Origin: Archangiaceae bacterium
GTDB taxonomy: Bacteria > Myxococcota > Myxococcia > Myxococcales > Myxococcaceae
DNA length: 19,242 bases
Assembly: GCA_043750125.1 (NCBI GenBank)
Contig: JAYVCD010000134.1
Coordinates: 1-19,242, forward strand
Direction: 5' to 3'
This document shows, piece after piece, positions 1 to 6,971 of this stretch (its first letter is position 1; every line of letters starts with the position of its first letter). Under the pieces are notes generated by a model, which searched no databases, was not told the DNA's origin, and saw only the letters and a list, made by a program, of their open reading frames with translations. Both the position numbers and the translations under genes were made by a program.

Positions 1-94
1 CGAAAGCCGTGTGCGGGAAATCCGCACGCACGGTTTGAATGGAGGTGGGGGAAACCGGATCGCGTGAGCGAAACCGGCGCCCCCATCCACCTAT
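1..94 (+). mobile_element. 3' end of a group II intron (catalytic domain V and branch-point domain VI); the rest of the intron and any RT/maturase ORF lie upstream of the window
   Basis: Nt 4-36 AAGCCGTGTGCGGGAAATCCGCACGCACGGTTT fold as a domain V hairpin: AGC triad at 5-7, AC bulge at 26-27, GAAA-containing loop. Nt ~41-91 fold as domain VI: TGGGGG 46-51 pairs with CCCCCA 80-85, CCGG 55-58 with CCGG 74-77, and TCGC-GTGA-GCGA forms a GNRA tetraloop. Candidate branch A is at 89 and an AY end at 93-94. The exact 3' splice site is inferred. Confidence 0.92.
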
Positions 95-1298
95 GCGCGT
101 GCTGATCGCCGACGAATTCTCGAAGCGTCACCTCGACTCGCTGCGGGGCCTTGGGCTGAGCGTCGAGTACAAGCCCGAGGCGAAGGCCGATGATCTTCCG
201 GCCTTGAGCGCGAACGTCGCAGTGCTGGTGGTCCGCAGCACCGAAGTAAAGCGGCCGGTCTTCGAGAGCTGCCATTCGCTGTCCCTGGTGATTCGGGCCG
301 GGGCGGGCGTGAACACCATCGACGTGGCGGCCGCGAGTGAGCGCGGAGTGTTCGTCGCCAACTGCCCCGGCCAGAACGCGATCGCCGTCGCCGAGCTCGC
401 GATGGGGTTGATGGTGGCCAGCGACCGACGGATTCCGGACAACGTGCAGGCGCTGCGGGAAGGGAAGTGGAACAAGAAGCTGTTTTCGCAGGCCCGGGGT
501 TTGTTCGGCCGAACGCTGGGAGTGGTGGGGCTGGGGTCGATTGGGGTCGCGACGGGTGAGCGGGCCAAAGCCTTCGGGATGCGGGTCGTGGGCCACTCGC
601 GCAGCTTCACCGCCGACAAAGCCCGAGAGCTGGGCTTCGAGTTCGCTCCCAACCTGCTCGAGCTGGCGCGCCAGTCGGACGTGTTGAGCGTGCATGTGCC
701 GGGCGGCGCCGAGACGAAGGGCTTCATCAGCCGCTCGATTCTCGCGGCCCTGCCCGACGGGGCGCTGTTCATCAATACTTCGCGCGCCGACGTGGTGGAC
801 CAGGCCGCGCTGTTGGAAGAGGCGAAGTCGGGGCGGCTGCGGGTGGCGACGGACGTCTATGCCGACGAGCCGAAAGGGGGGGCCTCAGACTGGGTCAGCG
901 CGTTGGCCCAACTGCCCAACGTCTACGGGACCCATCACATCGGAGCCTCGACCGAGCAGGCGCAAGAGGCGATCGCGGACGAGGCGGTGCGCATCGTCGA
1001 GAGCTTCCTCACCCGAGGGGAAGTGCCCAACTGCGTCAACGTCGCGAAGATGACTCTCGCGCGCTTCCAGCTGATCGTTCGCCACCACGACAAGGTCGGA
1101 GTGCTGGCGAACGTGCTGGGCGAGCTGCGCGAGGCGGGCATCAACGCGCAGGAGCTCGAGAACACCATCTTCGAGGGCGGGTTGGCCGCCTGCTGCAAGA
1201 TTCAGATCGACTCGCGACCGGGAGACGAGGTGTTGGCGAAGATCCGGGGACGCACGAACGAGGTGATCTTCACCGACCTGATCGAGCTCAAGAGCTGA
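93..1298 (+). CDS. serA: D-3-phosphoglycerate dehydrogenase-like D-2-hydroxyacid dehydrogenase with C-terminal ACT domain (401 aa)
   Basis: Motifs LVVRS, RAGAGVNTID, NAIAVAE, GLGSIG (NAD binding), NTSRADVVD (catalytic Arg), DVYADEP, HIGASTEQAQ (catalytic His) and ACT-like HHDKVGVLANV. Real start is ATG93 (MRVLIAD); the 39-92 extension is intron sequence. Confidence 0.85.
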   Translation: MRVLIADEFSKRHLDSLRGLGLSVEYKPEAKADDLPALSANVAVLVVRSTEVKRPVFESCHSLSLVIRAGAGVNTIDVAAASERGVFVANCPGQNAIAVAELAMGLMVASDRRIPDNVQALREGKWNKKLFSQARGLFGRTLGVVGLGSIGVATGERAKAFGMRVVGHSRSFTADKARELGFEFAPNLLELARQSDVLSVHVPGGAETKGFISRSILAALPDGALFINTSRADVVDQAALLEEAKSGRLRVATDVYADEPKGGASDWVSALAQLPNVYGTHHIGASTEQAQEAIADEAVRIVESFLTRGEVPNCVNVAKMTLARFQLIVRHHDKVGVLANVLGELREAGINAQELENTIFEGGLAACCKIQIDSRPGDEVLAKIRGRTNEVIFTDLIELKS

Positions 1299-1307
1299 AG
1301 CCGGCGC

Positions 1308-2114
1308 CTACTGGTCGCTGACCGATTGGCAGCTGAAGCCGACGATCTGGTTGATCGCGTAGCTGCCCGACTGGAAGCAGGCCTGCAGGCCGTTCGAGTA
1401 GGGGGTGAGGGTTTGGGACAAGCCCAGGTCGTAGGTCGCGCTGACGTTGGTGGCCTGCTCGAACGACCACTGAACGAAGTAGGGCACGTCGTAGGTCGAG
1501 TCCGGTTGCAGGCCCACCTGGCCCGAGAGCTGGGCGAAGACCGGCTGACTGGTGGCGCCGTTGGGCCCGACGATCGCCACGCTCACCGAGTAGTTCCCCA
1601 CCGCGCAGAAAGCCGAGCCTCCGGTGGTCACGATTCGGGCGCGGCCGGTCGCGCGGCAGACGACGGTGCGCGCATTGACGGTGAAGTCGGTCTGCACGGT
1701 CGAGCGGCGCAGCAACGTCGCCTGGGTGCAGGGGGCGAACGGACCGCTGGTCATGTTGCAGCTGTTGATCAGCTGGCTGCCGAAGAAGGTGTTGGGTCCC
1801 GCCGGCCCCTGGGGCCCTTGAAAGCCGGTCGTCCCGGCTGTGCCTTGTGCTCCGGCAGGACCTTGCGCGCCGGTGGCTCCCGCCGAACGCGCAGTTGGCC
1901 GGGCCGGGAATGGAAGTGCCGACCACCGCCGCACCCGCAGGGCCGGTGACGATCACAATTCCCCCATCGACCCCATCTCACCCATCGCGCCGACTTCCCC
2001 CCGCGCTCCGGGCAGGCCCATTGGCCCTTGCCCCCCGTCCAATCCTCCAAAATTTCCGTTGTTACAACCGATCAACGCCAGGGAGAAAAAGATGGTGAGG
2101 GCGGACTTGGACAT
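1308..2114 (-). pseudogene. Disrupted collagen-like (Gly-X-Y) lipoprotein with a Cys-containing C-terminal domain
   Basis: ATG2114 gives the lipoprotein signal MSKSALTIFFSLALIG-C, then GQGPMGLPGARGEVGAMGEMGSMG, stopped by TGA at 1955-1953. The same frame resumes with GATGAQGPAGAQGTAGTTGFQGPQGPAGP and ends at 1308. The ~80 nt in between read as protein-like (IVTGPAGAAVVGTSIPGPANCAFGG) only in another frame. Confidence 0.7.
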
Positions 2115-2180
2115 GGGGGGCGGCCTGCTACCCAAATCCGGTCCGAACTGCACGCGCTCGACAAAAATGACCCCAGAAGG

Positions 2181-5045
2181 TCAGCCCGCGACGCGGTGAC
2201 CGACGCGCAGCCGCCGCGCTTTCTCGAGCACGTTCTTCAGGTACTTCCCGGTGAAGCTCGCTTTGACCTCGGCCACTTCTTCAGGCGTCCCGGTCGCGAG
2301 CAGCTTTCCTCCGGCGAAGCCCCCTTCCGGCCCGAGGTCGATGACGTGATCGGCGTTCTTGATCACATCGAGGTTGTGCTCGATCACCAACACCGAGTTG
2401 CCCGCATCGACGAGGCGATTGAGCACCTTCAGCAGCTTGCGAATGTCCTCGAAGTGCAGCCCGGTGGTCGGCTCATCGAGAATGTAGAGCGTCCGTCCGG
2501 TCGCGACCCGCGCCAGCTCGCGAGAGAGCTTGATTCGCTGCGCCTCTCCGCCCGAGAGCGTCGGTGACGGTTGACCCAGCCGCAGGTACGACAACCCCAC
2601 ATCGTCCAGCGTCTTCAACACCCGGCTGATGTCGCGGTGGACGCCGAAGTGGCCGATTGCCTCGCGCACCGACAGCTCGAGGATCTCAGCGACGTTCTTG
2701 CCCTTGTAGCGGACCCGCAGAGTCGCATCGTTGAAACGCTTGCCGCCGCAGACTTCACACGGCACGTAGACGTCGGCGAGGAAGTGCATTTCGACCTGGC
2801 GCACTCCATCGCCTTCGCAGGCCTCGCAGCGACCGCCTTTCATGTTGAAGCTGAAGCGGCCCGGGGCATAGCCGAAGGCGCGGGCCTCGGCGGTCTGCGC
2901 GAGCACTTCACGAATGGGATCAAAGACCTTGGTGTAGGTGGCCGGGTTGCTGCGCGGCGTCCGTCCGATCGGCCGCTGATCGATGTCGATCACCTTGTCG
3001 AGGAACTCGAGGCCCTTGATCGAGTGGTGCGCGCCGGGGACGTCGCGGGTGTTGTAGAGCGCGCGGCTGAGCGCCGGGAAAAGAATCTCGTTGATCAGCG
3101 TCGACTTGCCCGCGCCCGAGACTCCGGTGACGGCGACGAACACCCCCAGGGGAATTTCAATGTCGAGGTTCTGAAGGTTGTTCGCCTTCGCCCCGAGAAT
3201 CTGCAGCTTCTGTTTCCCCGGCTTGCGGCGCTTGGCCGGCACTTCGATTTCTTCCCGGCCGGACAAGAATGCGCCGGTCAGGCTCTTCGGATCTGCCATC
3301 ACCTGGGCCGGAGTTCCCTGCGAGACGACTTCTCCACCCAGCTCGCCCGCACCGGGGCCGAAGTCGATCAACCAGTCGGCCTCTTCCATCGTCTCTTCGT
3401 CGTGCTCGACCACGATCACCGTGTTGCCCAGGTCTCGCAGTCGCTTCAGAGTGGTGAGCAGCTTTCCGTTGTCGCGCTGATGCAGCCCGATGCTCGGCTC
3501 GTCGAGGATGTAGATGACGCCGGTCAGCTCGCTGCCCATCTGGGAGGCGAGGCGAATGCGCTGGCTCTCTCCGCCACTGAGCGTGGACGCGGTGCGCTCG
3601 AGCGTGAGGTAGGTGAGGCCCACGTTCTCGAGGAACCCCAGCCGGCTGCGAATCTCTTTCGTCAGCTCGGCGGCGATCTTCGCCTCGGTCGCCGTCAGCG
3701 GCATCTCGTCGAGAAACTTCAACGACTCGCCAATCGTCATTCGCGACAGCTCGACCAACGACTTGCCCGCCACCTTCACCGCGCGGGACTCGGGCTTGAG
3801 CCGCTCTGCCTTGCAGGTCGGGCAGGGCTTGTCCGAGAAGAACTTCAGGTAGTACTGCCGCATCGCTTCTGAGCCGGTGGTCTTGAAGCTCTTCATCAGC
3901 TTGTTGACCAGCCCTTCCCAGCTCATCCGGAACTTGTAGTCGCCCCACTTCATCTTCAGCTCAGCGCCCTGGGCCCCGTAGAGGATCACGTCGCGCGCCT
4001 TCTTCGGCAGCTGCGCCCACGGGGTGTCGAGATCGATGCCAAAGCCTTTGCTGAGTTGATCGACGAGGTCCGCGGTCCAGCCCTCGCCCTTCGCCATCCC
4101 GGTGGCCCAGACCTCGACCGCTCCCTCACGAATGGTGCGGGTCTGGTCCGGGACGATCAGATCGGGATCCATCTCGGGCTTGGTGCCCAGGCCGTTGCAG
4201 TCGGTGCACATCCCCAACGGGTTGTTGAACGAGAAGCTCGCCGGAGTCAGCTCGGGGAAAGAGAGGCCGCAGTGGTGACAGGCGTTCAGCTCGCTCATCG
4301 GGCGGTCGCTCTTGGGGTTGGCGTTTTCGTCGGTGACGATCAGCACCCCCTTCCCCTCTTTGAGCGCGGCTTCGACCGAGTCGGTGAGCCGCGGACGAAG
4401 GTCGCTCTTGAGCACCAGGCGATCGATGATCAGCTCGACGTCGTGCTTGCTCTTCTTGTCGAGGTCAATTTTTTCATCGAGCCCCCGGACCTTGCCGTCG
4501 ACCCGCGCGCGGGTGAAGCCCCGCTTCAGCGCCTCGAGCATCAGGTCTTTGTGCTCGCCCTTGCGGTGGGTCACGATCGGAGCCAGCAGCTGCAGCTTGG
4601 TCCCGTTGGGCGACTTCATGATCTCTTCGACGATCTGCTGGGCCGACTGCTTGCCGACCTTCCGGTCGCAGTTGTGACAGTGCTGAACGCCGATGCTGGT
4701 GTAGAGCACGCGCAGGTAGTCATGAACTTCGGTCACCGTGCCGACGGTAGACCGCGGATTGTTGCTGGCCGCTTTCTGCTCGATCGAGATGGTCGGCGAG
4801 AGGCCCTTGAGCGTGTCGTACCGCGGCTTGTCCATCTGGCCGAGGAACTGGCGCGCGTAGCTCGAGAGCGACTCGACGTATCGGCGCTGACCTTCGGCGT
4901 AGAGGGTGTCGAAGGCCAGGCTGCTCTTTCCCGAGCCCGACACCCCGGTAAAGACGATCAACTTCTTCTTCGGGATGTCGAGGGACACCCCTTTGAGGTT
5001 GTGCTCGCGAGCTCCGCGGACCGACAGGAATTCCGGTTCAGACAT
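2181..5045 (-). CDS. uvrA: Excinuclease ABC subunit A (954 aa)
   Basis: N-terminal GAREHNLK, two Walker A motifs (GVSGSGKSS, GVSGAGKST), two LSGGE signatures, LDEPSIGLH and LDEPTTGLH, and CxxC zinc-finger pairs. Confidence 0.99.
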   Translation of the reverse strand: MSEPEFLSVRGAREHNLKGVSLDIPKKKLIVFTGVSGSGKSSLAFDTLYAEGQRRYVESLSSYARQFLGQMDKPRYDTLKGLSPTISIEQKAASNNPRSTVGTVTEVHDYLRVLYTSIGVQHCHNCDRKVGKQSAQQIVEEIMKSPNGTKLQLLAPIVTHRKGEHKDLMLEALKRGFTRARVDGKVRGLDEKIDLDKKSKHDVELIIDRLVLKSDLRPRLTDSVEAALKEGKGVLIVTDENANPKSDRPMSELNACHHCGLSFPELTPASFSFNNPLGMCTDCNGLGTKPEMDPDLIVPDQTRTIREGAVEVWATGMAKGEGWTADLVDQLSKGFGIDLDTPWAQLPKKARDVILYGAQGAELKMKWGDYKFRMSWEGLVNKLMKSFKTTGSEAMRQYYLKFFSDKPCPTCKAERLKPESRAVKVAGKSLVELSRMTIGESLKFLDEMPLTATEAKIAAELTKEIRSRLGFLENVGLTYLTLERTASTLSGGESQRIRLASQMGSELTGVIYILDEPSIGLHQRDNGKLLTTLKRLRDLGNTVIVVEHDEETMEEADWLIDFGPGAGELGGEVVSQGTPAQVMADPKSLTGAFLSGREEIEVPAKRRKPGKQKLQILGAKANNLQNLDIEIPLGVFVAVTGVSGAGKSTLINEILFPALSRALYNTRDVPGAHHSIKGLEFLDKVIDIDQRPIGRTPRSNPATYTKVFDPIREVLAQTAEARAFGYAPGRFSFNMKGGRCEACEGDGVRQVEMHFLADVYVPCEVCGGKRFNDATLRVRYKGKNVAEILELSVREAIGHFGVHRDISRVLKTLDDVGLSYLRLGQPSPTLSGGEAQRIKLSRELARVATGRTLYILDEPTTGLHFEDIRKLLKVLNRLVDAGNSVLVIEHNLDVIKNADHVIDLGPEGGFAGGKLLATGTPEEVAEVKASFTGKYLKNVLEKARRLRVGHRVAG

Positions 5046-5063
5046 GGCTTCGACTCAGTAGCA

Positions 5064-5080
5064 CCGCACGGGCGTTCAGT
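5064..5080. promoter_or_regulatory. Candidate Myxococcus-type LexA (SOS) box upstream of uvrA
   Basis: CCGCACGGGCGTTCAGT matches 14 of 17 positions of the M. xanthus LexA consensus as I recall it (CTRHAMRYBYGTTCAGS), with the GTTCAG half intact. It lies 19-35 nt upstream of the uvrA ATG. Confidence 0.45.
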
Positions 5081-5205
5081 CCGTGAATTTGGGGAATGAG
5101 TTGAGATACTCACCGTGCCCCTTCCCAGCAATGGCTTCTTGGCGAGACGCCCGCGGGGGGGGGCGGTTTTGTATTGAGGGCCAGAGGGGTGTCTATGCTC
5201 GCCAG

Positions 5206-5937
5206 ATGTTCAGTCGCGCGCGTGGTGCTGCCGGCGCGACCAGCTGTGGCGGTTGCTGCATTTCAGGACTCTGCGTCGGAACTCAATTTCAAAATGCCTC
5301 GCTCTGTGGAGTGAATGGCAAGACCTGCTCTCCCTGCAACGCAATGCAGCTGTGCGTCAGCGGAGTCGGCGGAGGAGGCGGTGGCTTCTCTCAATCTGGC
5401 CCGGGCAGCTGCGCGGGTTGCTGCATCGGCGGCGTCTGCCTCGACCCTCTCTTTGAGAACGCTCTCGACTGCGGCTTGAACGGAAAGATGTGCGGCGCCT
5501 GTGCTTCCGGCGAGGTCTGCGCGGCAGGCTTCAGCCTCGACGGGGGAGCTGTGGGCTCGCCGTGCTCGTACGACGGCCAGTGCCAGCCGCCGAGCAATGG
5601 CCTTTGCATTCCTCAATCCGTGGTCGGGAATTCGACCGGCTGGCCCGGCGGATACTGCACTGCCAGCTGCGCGATGACCGCCTGCGGGCCGGGCTCGTCG
5701 TGCATCAATGCGGCGAACGCGAGCGGCGTTGCGAATTGGCTGTGCTTCCACAGCTGCGTCGGGCCGCGCACCGGTCAGTCGACCTGCCGCTCCAACTATC
5801 TGTGCGAGTTCGATCTCGGAAACCCCACCGGTCTGGGCGTCTGCTTTCCGCGGTGCGACAGCCCGGGCTTCACCTGCTGGTCGGGGACCGTCTGCAGTCC
5901 GCTCACCGGGTACTGCATGAGCGCAGGCCCCAAGTAG
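5206..5937 (+). CDS. Cys-rich, probably extracellular protein with two 41-aa 8-Cys repeats; 5' end uncertain or damaged (possible pseudogene)
   Basis: Very Cys/Gly-rich ORF including a WPGGYCTASC segment typical of myxobacterial Cys-rich proteins. There is no signal peptide in frame, and the best SD+ATG (GAGGGG 5184-5189, ATG 5195) is out of frame. Confidence 0.6.
   Translation: MFSRARGAAGATSCGGCCISGLCVGTQFQNASLCGVNGKTCSPCNAMQLCVSGVGGGGGGFSQSGPGSCAGCCIGGVCLDPLFENALDCGLNGKMCGACASGEVCAAGFSLDGGAVGSPCSYDGQCQPPSNGLCIPQSVVGNSTGWPGGYCTASCAMTACGPGSSCINAANASGVANWLCFHSCVGPRTGQSTCRSNYLCEFDLGNPTGLGVCFPRCDSPGFTCWSGTVCSPLTGYCMSAGPK
5242..5529 (+). repeat. Internal duplication of a 41-codon Cys-rich module (5242-5364 and 5407-5529)
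   Basis: SCGGCCISGLCVGTQFQNASLCGVNGKTCSPCNAMQLCVSG versus SCAGCCIGGVCLDPLFENALDCGLNGKMCGACASGEVCAAG: same length, 8 Cys at identical positions, joined by a Gly-rich linker. Confidence 0.85.
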
Positions 5938-5948
5938 CGGGCCCGTGT

Positions 5949-6587
5949 TCAGAGCTGAACCCTGAGCTCGCGCGCCTTCTCGGCCCGCTTGCGCGAGAGC
6001 TCGACCCCGATCGCGTCCATCCCCAACGCGTTGGCCACCGCCAGCGCACTGCCCAGCCCGCAGAACGGATCCACCACCGTACGCGAGGAAGTGCAGTCGA
6101 GCAGGAAGCGGCACGACACCACGCACGCTTCGATTCCCATCGCGCGGGCCCAGGTCATCTTGCCCAGCCGGGGAATCACGTCGGCAGTCGATTGATCGAG
6201 ATCCGCGCGCAGCCCTCGAGAGAACGCGAGCAGGTGCGCATACGACGGTCGGCCGAAGGTGATCGTGCCCGCGGGCGCCCGGCAGACGATTCGATGCCAG
6301 AGCAGGCGTGCTCCTGCGGCTTCAGCGCCCAGCTGACACAGGTGCCCCTTGTCGATCCACGCGCCCTCTCGCTTCACGTCGGTCTGAAAGAAGAGCGCCG
6401 CCGAATCGTCGGGACACGCTTCCAGACAGGTCTTCACCCCTTCGATGAACCATTGCCGCCAGCCCAGAAAGCCGAGCGAGGGAATCTCGCAGCTGTCCGG
6501 TAGCGAGGTGATGATCGACTGGCCGCTGCTCAGGGGGTTGGCCTTGAGCCAGGCGATGCCATCGGTTTGGTGAACGACGCGATTCAT
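5949..6587 (-). CDS. SAM-dependent methyltransferase, N4/N6 DNA-methylase-like fold with beta-class motif order (212 aa)
   Basis: C-terminal motif I VVDPFCGLGS...AIGVELS and N-terminal IITSLPD at the motif IV position. Start is ATG6587 (MNRVVHQTDG) with an AGGAG SD just upstream. Confidence 0.8.
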   Translation of the reverse strand: MNRVVHQTDGIAWLKANPLSSGQSIITSLPDSCEIPSLGFLGWRQWFIEGVKTCLEACPDDSAALFFQTDVKREGAWIDKGHLCQLGAEAAGARLLWHRIVCRAPAGTITFGRPSYAHLLAFSRGLRADLDQSTADVIPRLGKMTWARAMGIEACVVSCRFLLDCTSSRTVVDPFCGLGSALAVANALGMDAIGVELSRKRAEKARELRVQL

Positions 6588-6663
6588 TGCTCCTGCTCTT
6601 AGACCTGCCGCCGCCTTTCTGTTCACTGGAACTCGTCTCGCGCTGAGGTTAACTGCGCTCGCC

Positions 6664-6904
6664 ATGCCGACCGACTTCACGTTGCCCGCACGCGACGGCG
6701 TTCCTCTCGCCGCCACCTTGTTCGAGTCTGAGCTCACGCCGCGCATGGGCGTGGTGCTGATCAACTCGGCGACCGCGGTCAAGCGCGTCTTCCATGCACG
6801 GTTTGCCGGGTGGCTGGCGTCGCAGGGCCTACGACGTCATCACCTATGACTACCGCAGCATCGGAGGTTCCCGGCCCCCCCCCCCGCGGTTCAGCCTCCA
6901 ATAA
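6664..6904 (+). pseudogene. N-terminal fragment of an alpha/beta-fold hydrolase, frameshifted and truncated
   Basis: MPTDFTLPARDGVPLAATLF...VVLINSATAVKRVFHARFAGWLASQG; removing one base near 6828 continues as YDVITYDYRSIGGSRP, the typical (T/F)DYRGxGxS segment. It then runs into a poly-C tract (6875-6885) and TAA 6902-6904 without reaching a GxSxG nucleophile motif. Confidence 0.8.
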
Positions 6905-6971
6905 TTGAGCGCCGGCGCAGTCGGCTGAAGGCTACAACCGCGCGTGTTTTCCACGCTCTGGGGGTTGCTTC

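Noticed and set aside
39-92. 18-aa N-terminal extension of the serA ORF (ATG39) and a GGAGG at 41-45
   Set aside because: This is intron domain VI sequence. Family similarity begins at MRVLIAD (ATG93), and the GGAGG is too far from ATG93 to serve as its SD.
1953-1955. In-frame TGA as a selenocysteine or readthrough codon in the collagen-like gene
   Set aside because: The in-frame sequence after the TGA (SSPALRVRRWSALPFPARP) is not protein-like, while the shifted frame is. Compensating indels explain it better.
5083-5205. Upstream GTG start of the Cys-rich ORF
   Set aside because: It runs through the uvrA promoter region and a G-run, has no SD, and the translation is not protein-like.
5947-5960. 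Palindrome GTTCAGAGCTGAAC at the junction of convergent genes
   Set aside because: It is short, has a 2-nt loop and no U-tract, and lies at gene ends rather than in a promoter, so it is unconvincing as a terminator or operator.
6588-6782. 65-aa N-terminal extension of the methyltransferase ORF
   Set aside because: It overlaps the divergent hydrolase fragment, and ATG6587 has a good SD and marks the start of the domain.
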